From positions 15,344-79,343 of IMG/VR virus record IMGVR_UViG_2754412319_000001: a DNA stretch of 64,000 nucleotides. The stretch is one strand, 5' to 3'. Made by a program: the position numbers and the translations under genes. Below are positions 9,885-19,450 of this stretch, one piece after another. The stretch comes from a virus (lineage: Duplodnaviria > Caudoviricetes). The notes under the pieces are model-generated. The model saw nothing but the letters and a program-made list of their open reading frames with translations, ran no database searches and was not told the origin of the DNA. Positions within the stretch are counted from its first letter, which is position 1; every line of letters begins with the position of its first letter.

Positions 9885-10079
9885 ATGGAGTTGGAAGAGC
9901 GCGAAGCCTTTACGGTACGCATCCCCGTCACGCTCGATCTTCAGATCAAGCAGCGCGCAAGGGTCAACCGTCGAACGCGGAATGCAGAGATTATCCACCT
10001 GCTTGAGACCGCGATCGACAGTGCCACGAGCGCCGATCAGAAGCTCATCACCAGCATTACGAAGAAAGATCCGCAGTAA
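9885..10079 (+). CDS. Arc/Mnt-family ribbon-helix-helix DNA-binding protein
   Basis: FTVRIPVTLDLQIKQRARVNRRTRNAEIIHLLE; RBS GGAGG. Confidence 0.8.
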   Translation: MELEEREAFTVRIPVTLDLQIKQRARVNRRTRNAEIIHLLETAIDSATSADQKLITSITKKDPQ

Positions 10080-10518
10080 CTGTGGACGATGCCATGAACG
10101 CCACCCACTTCATGGATCGTCCCAACCCCCCACCTACAGGCAAGACGCGCACGCCGTTTTGCACCACCATCGTCCCCAGCTTATCCCCCTTCAACGCATC
10201 GAGCACGTCGATCGACTTCGTCGGCAGCAGCCTTTGAACCACTGCGCTCATCACTCGTGTCAGATTGAAGTCGTTCGTGTCATTCTCGGTCGCGACGCCG
10301 ATGACGGCGGATACCGTCGTCAGGTGTTCGTCGAAGTCGAGCGAATACTGGGCGACTCCGATCAGGTTTCCGGCCGGTAGCTTGTCATAGTCGTGATACG
10401 AGTCGAAGAAGACTGGTTGAAGCTGTACGCCCGTCGAGGCCTGAAGGCTGGTCGCCTGATCTGCGCAGAATCGCAGGAGACTCGACAGGTGATCGCCGTA
10501 GAGGTTTTCGCTTTTCAT
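10057..10518 (-). CDS. Putative tail terminator/completion protein
   Basis: Position directly upstream of the tail tube; 153 aa. Confidence 0.45.
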   Translation of the reverse strand: MKSENLYGDHLSSLLRFCADQATSLQASTGVQLQPVFFDSYHDYDKLPAGNLIGVAQYSLDFDEHLTTVSAVIGVATENDTNDFNLTRVMSAVVQRLLPTKSIDVLDALKGDKLGTMVVQNGVRVLPVGGGLGRSMKWVAFMASSTVTADLSS

Positions 10519-11276
10519 AGGTATGGTTCAACTGCTCGGTTGATGATCGGAAAGATCATGTTCTGCTGATACCAGAGGATGTAGGCGCTCACCAGTGGGC
10601 GGTACGCCCCGCGCCGGTTGTTCGTCAACTTCGCGGCGAGGTTGTTTGTCTCGGGCAGGAACTGCTCGACCATGTTGGCGATCATCACGTTCATGTTGTC
10701 GAGCTTCGGGAGCCAGTCCACTACGATGCGAACGGTGTCGGAGGGGCGGCTGTAATATCGCCCACCCACCTTGACCCCATTGCGCATCGTCCCAGCGGGA
10801 TAGCGGCCGAGACCCTGCATGCGCGTCGCGTCGATCGTCACCTTGACCTCGCCGAAATACTGCGACGGGTTGCCGAGACGCATCAACTCGTTACGCAGGG
10901 AGTTCTTCATCTGCTTGGCGTCGCCGATGTGCTTACGGCGCATGCGACGCGACTCAGGACTGTTCTTCACCCGGCGCGGAAGGACGCTGTACTGGAAATA
11001 GTCGACGTGATCGTTTTTCTCGTAGTGGAGATAGAAATACGTCAGCTCGTTCCAGTGGACTCCGACTTCATCGAGCCATAGCGGTGGTTCGGACGAGCCG
11101 ATAGAACCTGTCCCGACGAGATCGACGAAGAAGGAGTCCAGCTTCTTCGTGATCTCGTCCTTGATCTTCAGCGAAACCTTGTCGGCATAGTCGGCAAGGC
11201 TGTTCGTGACGTTCTGGAAGATGAAGTTCTGGACGAACTGCATCACGCTGTCCTGAACAGCCTTGACGTCGGCCAT
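10515..11276 (-). CDS. Virion neck/tail completion protein (hypothetical)
   Basis: Coupled ORF in the neck cluster. Confidence 0.45.
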   Translation of the reverse strand: MADVKAVQDSVMQFVQNFIFQNVTNSLADYADKVSLKIKDEITKKLDSFFVDLVGTGSIGSSEPPLWLDEVGVHWNELTYFYLHYEKNDHVDYFQYSVLPRRVKNSPESRRMRRKHIGDAKQMKNSLRNELMRLGNPSQYFGEVKVTIDATRMQGLGRYPAGTMRNGVKVGGRYYSRPSDTVRIVVDWLPKLDNMNVMIANMVEQFLPETNNLAAKLTNNRRGAYRPLVSAYILWYQQNMIFPIINRAVEPYL

Positions 11277-11794
11277 TATTCAGCCTCGGCGACGGTGACA
11301 CCCAGCTCGAACTTCACATTCGAGATGCGATAGTTGTTCGGCCCGATCAGGTCGCCCTCTTGCAGCGGGAACCCGGTGATGATGCGATAGCGCTGACGCT
11401 TGGAGTTGCTCACGTCAGTGGTCTGGCCGAGCGGGCGCACGTCGTACCACGTCTTTCCGATCGTCGACATCGCGTCGTTGCGCGCGAATCCAGACACAGG
11501 GTCGGTCTGGTGCGAAATTCGTTGAACATCCCCATTGAACGGGAGATGAAACATGCGGAAGATCGCATCGTTGGCCGTGCGGCTGAAATCGCCGAGCACA
11601 TAGTAGAAGCCGAGGTCGTTGACGGTGTCGCCAGGGTTGGCGACAGAGCCGCGGCGCACGTGAAGCATGCGCTGCGGCGTCGTGAACTGCTCTGACGACG
11701 ACTTCGCGGACGGCGAGGACACGATGCCGTACACCTTGGCGTTGCCTCGCGACACGTTCACGAGGATTCGGGTGAGCTGCGGTAGAGTGGTCAT
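11276..11794 (-). CDS. Putative head-closure protein
   Basis: Position; C-terminal LQEGDLIG...YRISNV beta-rich pattern. Confidence 0.45.
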   Translation of the reverse strand: MTTLPQLTRILVNVSRGNAKVYGIVSSPSAKSSSEQFTTPQRMLHVRRGSVANPGDTVNDLGFYYVLGDFSRTANDAIFRMFHLPFNGDVQRISHQTDPVSGFARNDAMSTIGKTWYDVRPLGQTTDVSNSKRQRYRIITGFPLQEGDLIGPNNYRISNVKFELGVTVAEAE

Positions 11795-11796
11795 GA

Positions 11797-12525
11797 CTAG
11801 CCTGTCACCGGGTCGGTGGGGGAGGAGACCACGAAGATCGTCGGCGTCACGGCGACGGTTCGGGCCAGTGTGTCGCTCAGCTGCGCGAGGCTCGCGCCGA
11901 GCTGAGTTGTGAGGTCTTCCTTCAGCTTGTCGAGGTCGACCCAGTCCCAGCGGGAGAAGTTCGAGTTCTCAACCTGCTTCGACTGCACGAGCCGCAGCTG
12001 GAAGGATGGCAGCGCATCGATCGCGGCGCGCGCCGCGAGCGCGCGGTTCGCGGCCGAGCGCGTACGACTGTCGCCGACCACGAGGGCGTTCGTGAAGTCC
12101 GTGCCGTAGTCGGCACGCAGCGAGTAGTACGCCGGGATCAGCTCGATCGCCTCGTCGGGCAGCTCGTCGACGGAAACCCCCATCAGACCGCGTACAGCGT
12201 CCGCATCGGCGCTCATCGGGATGAAGGGGTGCAGACCATAGGCCACCTGCTGCTGACGGCTCTGGCCCGACGTCTTGAAGGCGAGGGATACGAACCGGGT
12301 CTCGGTGTCGTTTCCCGCTGCGATGCCGTTCACGCTCGCCGGCAGCAGGAGGTGGGCGGTCGTGCCCGGTACGTCGAGCGCCGCGTGGTCCAGACCGGCC
12401 AGGACAGCGCCGCTCTGGTCACGCACGGTGTACGTCACGGAGCCGGCATCGGGCTGGACCTGGACGCCACCGGCCATCAGCTCGACTTCGAAGGTGAGGT
12501 CTTCACCAGCCTGGAACCACTGCAT
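11797..12525 (-). CDS. Putative head-tail adaptor
   Basis: Position after capsid; VRGLMGVSVDELPD helical C-terminal domain. Confidence 0.5.
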   Translation of the reverse strand: MQWFQAGEDLTFEVELMAGGVQVQPDAGSVTYTVRDQSGAVLAGLDHAALDVPGTTAHLLLPASVNGIAAGNDTETRFVSLAFKTSGQSRQQQVAYGLHPFIPMSADADAVRGLMGVSVDELPDEAIELIPAYYSLRADYGTDFTNALVVGDSRTRSAANRALAARAAIDALPSFQLRLVQSKQVENSNFSRWDWVDLDKLKEDLTTQLGASLAQLSDTLARTVAVTPTIFVVSSPTDPVTG

Positions 12526-12536
12526 GGCGCGTCTCC

Positions 12537-12866
12537 TTACGAGCGGCGACGACGGGTGGTTGCCGGCGCGGCGTCTTCACCTGCCTCGGTCGGCTCGGCG
12601 TCGATGCCGTACACGGCCAGGAACGATTCGTTGGCCACGTCGAAGTCGCCATCCGCTTCCTTCAGGAAGCGGACGTATTCGGCGTCGGTGGCCTCGGGCT
12701 TCAGCTCCGCGACGATCTCAACCTGATTCAGACCGACACGAGTGTTGATGAACGGGGTTTGACGAACGACCGAGGGGCGGAACGCGTCCAGCTCGTCGCC
12801 GCTCATGCCGTCGAGCAACATGAACTTGCCGGTGGTGTGTGCGAGGATCTTTTTCATCTTCATCAT
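12537..12866 (-). CDS. Hypothetical virion-associated protein
   Basis: Codon-consistent ORF with RBS after the capsid terminator. Confidence 0.55.
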   Translation of the reverse strand: MMKMKKILAHTTGKFMLLDGMSGDELDAFRPSVVRQTPFINTRVGLNQVEIVAELKPEATDAEYVRFLKEADGDFDVANESFLAVYGIDAEPTEAGEDAAPATTRRRRS

Positions 12867-12884
12867 CTATCCATGAAAGGGCAT

Positions 12885-12914
12885 AAAAAAGCCCGCCCGA
12901 GATGGGCGGGCTTT
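12885..12914 (-). terminator. Rho-independent terminator after the major capsid gene
   Basis: AAAGCCCGCCC stem with TTTTTT on the minus strand. Confidence 0.85.
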
Positions 12915-12934
12915 CAGGCGCTCAACCGCAGGCC

Positions 12935-14128
12935 TTACGCGGTCACGTCGAGGACTTGGCGCGTGTCCGGGAATGCCAGCTTGTAGCCGGTGTTTTCCGT
13001 ACGCACGTAGGTGATCGACTGGTTCAGGATCGAACGCTCGTTTTCCGAGATGTTCGAGCCGGCTTCGATCAGCTCTTCCAGCGTTTCAGCCTTCGTGAAG
13101 CCGACCAGCTTGCCTTCCGGCACGGCCGACGACAGGTGGAAGTTCACCGACTGGTTGAGGATCGGCACCTGCGTGTTGATCTTCGGCGTACCCTGCGCGA
13201 CCAGCGCCTCGATGTCGGTCGCATGCGCGCCCGAGATGCCCGTCACCGGCTGGAACATGAACAGCAGCTCCACGAACATGTCGTAGTTGCCGATGATCGT
13301 GTCGATCGGGTAGCCGGCCTTCGCGCGTGCCATGAGCCACTTCGCGAGCGCCTTGTAGTTCGACGAGAACGCCTTGCTCGCGTCGCCGCCGAAATCCGAC
13401 ACCTTGACCACGCCGGCTGCGCCGTTGACGCCGTCGCCGTTGATCAGGATGGCCGTCGCGGCACGCACCTTCGAGATCTCCAGCTCGCGGCCGACGCGCG
13501 CTGCAAACGGCGTCATGATGTCGAGCGAAGCGCGGCGGTTGAATTCGTACGAGGTACGGTAGCCCGAGCCGTGCTTGAAGATGCCGACCGTCTGTTGCGA
13601 CGTGCGGATCGTGCGAACCGGGATGCGGCCCAGTTCCGGGATCGTGTGCGTCGTGCGCTCGTTCGAGTCGTCTTCGACGAACGTCGAGATCATCTCGGTG
13701 CCGTTGATCGTGCGCGACTGCGCGACGAGCGGAGCGACCTGTTCGATCTGGTCCTGGCGGTTCTTCCAGCGCAGAATGTCGTCCATGACTTCCGGGAACA
13801 TCGCGCGGGTGCCCGGATACGTCTGGAACGTTTCCGAAGCGGCTTGCAGCAGGACGCCTTGCGACAAGTCCTGACGCACCGGCAGGTTGAGGTAGGCCAG
13901 GGCGGCTTCGTAGCCGTTCAGGCCCTCGTAGCGGCCGGCGTCGTCGGCACGGCGCGGGTCGATCGCGAGCGTGAGGTAGTCACGCAGGTTGAGGCCCGAG
14001 TCTGCGGCGAGGCGCACGAGGCGCTGGCCAGCGTTGATCGAGCGCTGGACGTCGGTGGTGTCGTCCGGTTTGAGGCCGGCGAGAACTTCCGCGGGTGCGC
14101 GGCGTTCGATGTCGATCAGATCTGCCAT
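12935..14128 (-). CDS. Major capsid protein (HK97 fold, inferred)
   Basis: 397 aa, after protease and decoration genes, strong codon bias, followed by a terminator. Confidence 0.8.
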   Translation of the reverse strand: MADLIDIERRAPAEVLAGLKPDDTTDVQRSINAGQRLVRLAADSGLNLRDYLTLAIDPRRADDAGRYEGLNGYEAALAYLNLPVRQDLSQGVLLQAASETFQTYPGTRAMFPEVMDDILRWKNRQDQIEQVAPLVAQSRTINGTEMISTFVEDDSNERTTHTIPELGRIPVRTIRTSQQTVGIFKHGSGYRTSYEFNRRASLDIMTPFAARVGRELEISKVRAATAILINGDGVNGAAGVVKVSDFGGDASKAFSSNYKALAKWLMARAKAGYPIDTIIGNYDMFVELLFMFQPVTGISGAHATDIEALVAQGTPKINTQVPILNQSVNFHLSSAVPEGKLVGFTKAETLEELIEAGSNISENERSILNQSITYVRTENTGYKLAFPDTRQVLDVTA

Positions 14129-14253
14129 GTTTTGATCCGTTGTCAGTTGTTTTTGAACCCCCGTCGGCCCGGTGGTGGGCGGAACTGACGGGGGCTTTGC
14201 AGCACTTCCAGCAGATGACCCCGGTGGTGGGCGAGGTCATCTGCCGCCGTTCT

Positions 14254-14676
14254 TTACAGCTCGATGGCGACCACGTTGCCGCTGGCCAGCACTTCGACGA
14301 CGCACCACGGCGAGTAGCCGCCGAAGGCGTCCTTCGCGGGGTCGGCCTTGCGAACCGTGCCGCCGCCACCGCCGACGAGGCGATCACCCGGCGTCGCGGC
14401 GTAGCCCGCCTTGACCGGGAAGTCGAGACCGCCTTCCAGCGAGACCGTGCCGACGTTCAGGCCTTCGGTCACGCGGTTTTCGATCGTTTCGAGTCGGCCG
14501 GCCAGCAGGTCGCCGTCGCCTGCCAGCTTCACCGTGTTCGGCGCGGTCGGGTCGATCGACACGGCCTTGCCTTCATCCTGGCCTTTCTTGATGCCTGCGG
14601 CCAGGTTGAAGGCGTACTGCGAATCCTCATCGTAGATACCACGAAGGGAGACGCCGTTACCGATAGCGTTGCTCAT
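14254..14676 (-). CDS. Capsid decoration/cement protein
   Basis: 140 aa Gly/Ala-rich beta protein between protease and capsid. Confidence 0.6.
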   Translation of the reverse strand: MSNAIGNGVSLRGIYDEDSQYAFNLAAGIKKGQDEGKAVSIDPTAPNTVKLAGDGDLLAGRLETIENRVTEGLNVGTVSLEGGLDFPVKAGYAATPGDRLVGGGGGTVRKADPAKDAFGGYSPWCVVEVLASGNVVAIEL

Positions 14677-14704
14677 GAATTACTCTCTCGTGTTGCGGGT
14701 TCGC

Positions 14705-15832
14705 TTAACGCGGCGCGGACTTGAACGCGCTCGACGCGTGAAGCGTCGTCCCCTTCGTTGCACCAGTGCCAGTCTCGGAACCTTGCGAGCGGCCGCCGTT
14801 GCCAGCGCCCGCCTTCAGGACTTCAACCTGCGCTTCTGCGGTTGCGAGCTTCGCCTTCAGATCGGCGACCTCGGTTTCAGCAGTCTTTGCCGAAGCTTCC
14901 AGCTCCGTCACCTTCGCTTGCGCCTCGGCCAGCGAGGTTTGCGCGGCCTTCAGCTCCGTGCCTTCCTTCAGCGTCTTGTTCTCGGTGCTCAACGCCTCGT
15001 TGGTCGTCTTGAGCGCCGCGATTTCCGCGTCTTTCAGCGAAATCGTGTGTTCGTGGATCTTCTGGCCAGCCTTCAGGTTGGCCAGTTCTTCGATCAGTTC
15101 CTTATCCATCTTCTTCGGACTCCGAGGGGATGTGGTGGTGGTGGCAATCAGCATCAAATGCTCGGGTGCGACGCCCGAAGCTGCCAAGCGGTCGTACTGC
15201 TCTTGGCCGAGCCGCTGCTTTGTGCGGCCCAAAATCTTTGCGTTGTTCGCCGCGCCTTTCGACACGAGCGACGTTTCGGTCCATCGATCCAGCCCGTTGA
15301 TCTTCAGATACGCGCCGTCTTCGCCGAGCACGTGGTCATTCCCGCACACGCGGTCGTAGAAGTTCGAGAAGCTGGCCTCGGGACCACGCCAGTCCCAGCT
15401 GCACTTCGAACAGAGCAGCTGTTGACCGACAAACCCGACGCTGACCTCGTCGATGATCCCGTTTTCGAGCTTCGGGACATTCGAGTCGTCTTTCGGCAGG
15501 TAGAAGAGGCAGACCAGTTCGCTCGATCCGTCGCCGAGCGTCGACGGGAGGACTTCGCCGTAGAAGAAACGACCGAGGGGGAGTTCGTCTCCGTTCGGGT
15601 GAAGGGTCTGGAGGGGGACGAAGCCGCCACTGTTGAGGTAGCTGGCCATCTGGTTGAGCGTGTCAACCTGGATCTGGCCTTTGTCGAAAATTGAACCGGG
15701 CTTCGTCAACGGGCGCGTGTTAGTGACCGAGGCTTCGAACACGACGATCGCGTTGAAGTCGACCTGATCACCCCCGGTGTTGCGGGTGATCAGATTCTGA
15801 ATTCTCGGTGTGATCGGAACGCTCTTAGCCAT
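14705..15832 (-). CDS. Prohead protease fused to coiled-coil scaffold
   Basis: LQTLH...LPLGRF and DEVSVGF protease-like motifs; Ala/Glu/Lys coiled-coil C-terminus. Confidence 0.7.
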   Translation of the reverse strand: MAKSVPITPRIQNLITRNTGGDQVDFNAIVVFEASVTNTRPLTKPGSIFDKGQIQVDTLNQMASYLNSGGFVPLQTLHPNGDELPLGRFFYGEVLPSTLGDGSSELVCLFYLPKDDSNVPKLENGIIDEVSVGFVGQQLLCSKCSWDWRGPEASFSNFYDRVCGNDHVLGEDGAYLKINGLDRWTETSLVSKGAANNAKILGRTKQRLGQEQYDRLAASGVAPEHLMLIATTTTSPRSPKKMDKELIEELANLKAGQKIHEHTISLKDAEIAALKTTNEALSTENKTLKEGTELKAAQTSLAEAQAKVTELEASAKTAETEVADLKAKLATAEAQVEVLKAGAGNGGRSQGSETGTGATKGTTLHASSAFKSAPR

Positions 15833-15875
15833 ACCAGTGTGGTGCTTTTCATGCTGCCCGGTGAATGTAGCCCGT

Positions 15876-15904
15876 ATTATTTCGACCAGCTAAACGAGAG
15901 TCAA
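15876..15904 (-). promoter_or_regulatory. Sigma70-like promoter TTGACT-17-AATAAT for the protease-capsid genes
   Basis: Near-consensus hexamers with a 17-nt spacer in the intergenic gap. Confidence 0.65.
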
Positions 15905-15911
15905 AGAGTTT

Positions 15912-17495
15912 TTAGGGCTTCACCGCGTTACTCGCTGCCGACTTCGAACCTTTCGACGAAAGCGATCGGCCGAGCGGGTCGGAGTTAGGGCTGACCTTGC
16001 TGACATCCGGACCATGCGGGCCGTTCGTCTTTCCCGAACCTCCCCCAGCACCACCCGCGTTCGGTTGGTCAAGGTTATCCTGAGCGGTCAAGACCTGGAC
16101 GTTCGTTCCCGGCATGAAGTTCGTACCACTGAGGATCGGGGCCGAGTCGGGACGGATGCGGCCGTACATCTCAAGGTGGTACTCGTCGTCGTCGATGATG
16201 CCCAGCGACAGGTCAGCCTTCAGGCGCGACGCGCGCATCGTGAGCTGCGGTTCCAGCTCGGTCAGCGGGCGCATCTCGGCGGGGCGGAACTTGCATACCA
16301 CGCGGGACTGCGAGCCTTGCAGGCGAATTGCGAGCGTCAACATGTCCGAGAACAGGTCAGCGATCGGCTGGTTGATCTCTTCGGCCGTCATGCTGAAGAG
16401 ACGTGCTTCGACCGAGGCCGTGTTCACGCCAGCGTTGCCTCGTCCGAGAATCGTCCCCATCGTGCGCAGACCGGCTTGGTTCTGCGCGTTCAGCGTTTCG
16501 ATGATCGACGAGATGTCGATACCCATCCCAGGTGCCTTGTCGTTGATCATCTTGACCTCCGACGAGTCAGTATGGATGAACGCCTGATCCGGTCGGATGT
16601 TCGCGATCTGGCCGCTGATCCCGTTGAGCACGCTCGCGACGTACTGCTGCAACTTGACGGGGTTGGCTTTCGTGTCGAGCGGTGCATTGCGCGTGATGAC
16701 GTCTTCCAGCACCTTCACTTCGAGACGAGGGTAGCCGGTCAGCTGCATGATCCGGTACAGGTCGTTGATCACCTGCTGCCGGCCGGCGATCGTGTTGATC
16801 GCGGACACAAACGGCGAGTAGGTGTAGATCGTCGTCGGGTCACGCCGGAAGAACTTGCAGAAGAACGTCGGGATCGTCAGGTCGATGGTGTCGCCGGCCG
16901 ACGTGCGCTGCTCAGGCGTGAAGACGCCCGGTTGAGGTTCGATCCACCAGAGGGTCTTCGGGTCGAGCATGCGGAACTCGGTCGGCACGAAGGTCTTGTC
17001 GAGCACCATTTCGCACGGCAGCGATCCGCCGGCGAGGATCATGTACCGGAAGTTCTCGGCCAGCTCCTTGAACGACGGCCTGAAGTCGAAGCCCTTGGAG
17101 TAGTCGTTGCGAACCTCGTAGCCTTGCATTACCGCGTTGAGGATCTTCTGGCCGTCACGGTCGATCATCCCGTTCACGTCATAGACGACTGCCATCAGGT
17201 CGGTGTTGGCCACGGTCAGATAGGCGTTGGCTGCGGCCGACACGTCCGGGTCCTGGACGAGCAGGGTCTTGATCAGGGCGCGCGAATCGTTCGCCGTGCG
17301 CGAGCTGAAGATGTCGGTCAGGTGCTCGCGATACGTCGGCATCGTGAGCAGCTGAGTCGGCGCGCTCGGGTTATAAGTACCCGGCATCGACATGCCGCCC
17401 TTCGCAGAGCGGCGTGGCAGGATAATGGAGAGCGCCGCGCCGAGCGCCCCGCCAATGCCCTTAGAAGAAGACTTGGGGGTGGTGGTCGTTGCCAT
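15912..17495 (-). CDS. Portal protein
   Basis: 527 aa directly after terminase; DPDVSAA and helical portal-like pattern. Confidence 0.75.
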   Translation of the reverse strand: MATTTTPKSSSKGIGGALGAALSIILPRRSAKGGMSMPGTYNPSAPTQLLTMPTYREHLTDIFSSRTANDSRALIKTLLVQDPDVSAAANAYLTVANTDLMAVVYDVNGMIDRDGQKILNAVMQGYEVRNDYSKGFDFRPSFKELAENFRYMILAGGSLPCEMVLDKTFVPTEFRMLDPKTLWWIEPQPGVFTPEQRTSAGDTIDLTIPTFFCKFFRRDPTTIYTYSPFVSAINTIAGRQQVINDLYRIMQLTGYPRLEVKVLEDVITRNAPLDTKANPVKLQQYVASVLNGISGQIANIRPDQAFIHTDSSEVKMINDKAPGMGIDISSIIETLNAQNQAGLRTMGTILGRGNAGVNTASVEARLFSMTAEEINQPIADLFSDMLTLAIRLQGSQSRVVCKFRPAEMRPLTELEPQLTMRASRLKADLSLGIIDDDEYHLEMYGRIRPDSAPILSGTNFMPGTNVQVLTAQDNLDQPNAGGAGGGSGKTNGPHGPDVSKVSPNSDPLGRSLSSKGSKSAASNAVKP

Positions 17496-19245
17496 AGATC
17501 AAGTTGCCAGTGGTGTGTTTGGTATTGGCCAGCGTGAGTTGACTGGTCTCGTTCATGCCCACGGTCGCGCCGACGATCTGGATGACACTGCGCGTTTCCG
17601 TGTTGAAGAGCGCGGATGCGTTGGTGGTGTGCAGCTTCACGGCAGACAACATGAAGCCCAGCGCGTGGAAGAAGTGATCGTTGCCGTTCAGCTTCTTCCA
17701 TTCCGCTTCTTTCTCAGGTTCCTCATTGCGAACCATGTCTTTCAGGTGCTCAACGATCGCCGATCGATGCGTCCCGTATCCGGAGAACTTGATCTTGCGC
17801 AGCCGGATGGCGCGGGCCACTTCGTCGAGCAGGAGCGTCCGGTTGGACTGCATGTGCGTGATCTCGCCAGCAGGGTCCTTGACGAGATTGATTTCCTTGG
17901 AGCCACGGTACTCGTTCGGCAGGACACGGCGATGCGACACGTCGCGCACCGCCTCGGCGGTCGGCGTGTACGGGTGACGGTCACAACCACCGGCAACGAT
18001 GCGGTACGTGGTCAGGATGCGCGCGATCTCCTCCAGCAAGCGGCCGACCGGCACGGTCAGGAACTCGACCACGTGGATCGACGACACGTCGTAGCCCTCG
18101 CCGACGACGATGTGGCAGGTCTGGCCGATGTCGATGCCGATCCACGCCGGCATCGTGTTGCTCGACGGACGGACCAGCTGGAATTCGGTGAAAGCCGCGT
18201 TGATGTCCGCGTCGTTCAGACGCTGGTCGCCCCCGGTGTGGGAGCGCCCGAGCACGGTGTTGTACCAGCCGCGGATGAAGTCCTTGCGCTTGTAGATGAA
18301 GAGCTGCCGCAGGATGTACTTCGGCGGCAGGCGCTCGGTCGAGAAGGCGCGCACGCGGTAGCCGCGCGCGTGCTTGCGCTGGGGGTACTTCGGCACCCAT
18401 GCGCGGCGCTCGTGGTCGCCAAGGTTCAGCGGCGCACCGCAGTGCTCGCAGTGGATCGAGACGGCGTCGAGGTCGACCGTGCCGGCGTCGATCATCGCCT
18501 CTTCGATCTCCTCGAAGTCGAGACTGTCGGGAAGGCCAGGGATTCGGACGAACGGGCGCTCGAAGTCGGGCACCTGCCAGTGGTTGCAGCAGGCGCACTT
18601 CAACATGTACTCGTGCTGGTCGCTGACCTTGTACGTCTGGTCGATGCCATAGTCCTGGAAGGTCGGCGTCGAAAACCGGTGGTTCAGCTTCCAGTCGGAG
18701 CCTTGAAGTCGCGAGTTGAAGAGGGCAAGCATCGACTGATCGGTCAAGTCCACTTCGTCGTTCACGACCATGTCTGCGGAGATGGACGTCGCGGCCCCTT
18801 CGCCAGCGGCCGTGAGGTAGAGGAAGCTCTTGCCGACCTGAATGATCTCTTTCGTGCGCGTCGGCTTCTTGCCGCCGAGCGATTCGAGGTTGAATGCGTG
18901 CTCCTCGTCGACGAGCGGGCGAACGCGGCCGACCGAGATCCGCTCCATCATGGCCTCGTCGGGCAGCGTGTAGATGACGTTCACGCCACGGTTTCGAGCG
19001 ATGAACGCGAGCACCTTGCGGATCTGCACTTCGGTCAGACCGACCTGCGACGGCTTGATGCAGTCGAGGTTGTCGTGCATGTCGTCTGCGATCTGCTTCT
19101 GGAACGGATAGCGCTTGAACGAGAAGGCCCTGTCGTTGTGCGTGGTGTTTTCGCAGATCCAGTCGCCATAGGTCATCGACGCGCGGTCCTTCGACCAGCG
19201 GTTCGCGGCGCGTTCGTAGAGCTGTTGGAGATACTGGTTTGACAT
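17461..19245 (-). CDS. terL: Terminase large subunit (GpA-like)
   Basis: KPSQVGLTE Walker A, VVNDEVD Walker B, FSTPT, Zn-binding CxxC pairs, GIDIG nuclease, DHFFHA; start set at MSNQYL. Confidence 0.9.
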   Translation of the reverse strand: MSNQYLQQLYERAANRWSKDRASMTYGDWICENTTHNDRAFSFKRYPFQKQIADDMHDNLDCIKPSQVGLTEVQIRKVLAFIARNRGVNVIYTLPDEAMMERISVGRVRPLVDEEHAFNLESLGGKKPTRTKEIIQVGKSFLYLTAAGEGAATSISADMVVNDEVDLTDQSMLALFNSRLQGSDWKLNHRFSTPTFQDYGIDQTYKVSDQHEYMLKCACCNHWQVPDFERPFVRIPGLPDSLDFEEIEEAMIDAGTVDLDAVSIHCEHCGAPLNLGDHERRAWVPKYPQRKHARGYRVRAFSTERLPPKYILRQLFIYKRKDFIRGWYNTVLGRSHTGGDQRLNDADINAAFTEFQLVRPSSNTMPAWIGIDIGQTCHIVVGEGYDVSSIHVVEFLTVPVGRLLEEIARILTTYRIVAGGCDRHPYTPTAEAVRDVSHRRVLPNEYRGSKEINLVKDPAGEITHMQSNRTLLLDEVARAIRLRKIKFSGYGTHRSAIVEHLKDMVRNEEPEKEAEWKKLNGNDHFFHALGFMLSAVKLHTTNASALFNTETRSVIQIVGATVGMNETSQLTLANTKHTTGNLIYGNDHHPQVFF

Positions 19246-19450
19246 AGGGATGATTCGGCCATCTAAGCAGGCGCTATTCTCACGCGGCCGGTCATCGGAG
19301 CACAAAGAAAATCTGCTGAACGTGGCTGTTGTTGTCCCTTTCAGCGGCTTCAGATGATAGAGGCGAACGTTTATCAGATAGATGTCGTGATTTCCATTCT
19401 GCGCGGAGAGGCTGGCCGGTATTCTTGCACTCCTCTTCAGCGAGAACCCT

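Noticed and set aside
17392-19242. 616-aa plus-strand ORF opposite terL (likewise 16014-17537, 12902-14188, 4168-5682, 6964-8160)
   Set aside because: Shadow ORFs from high GC3 codon bias on the coding strand; no motifs or RBS
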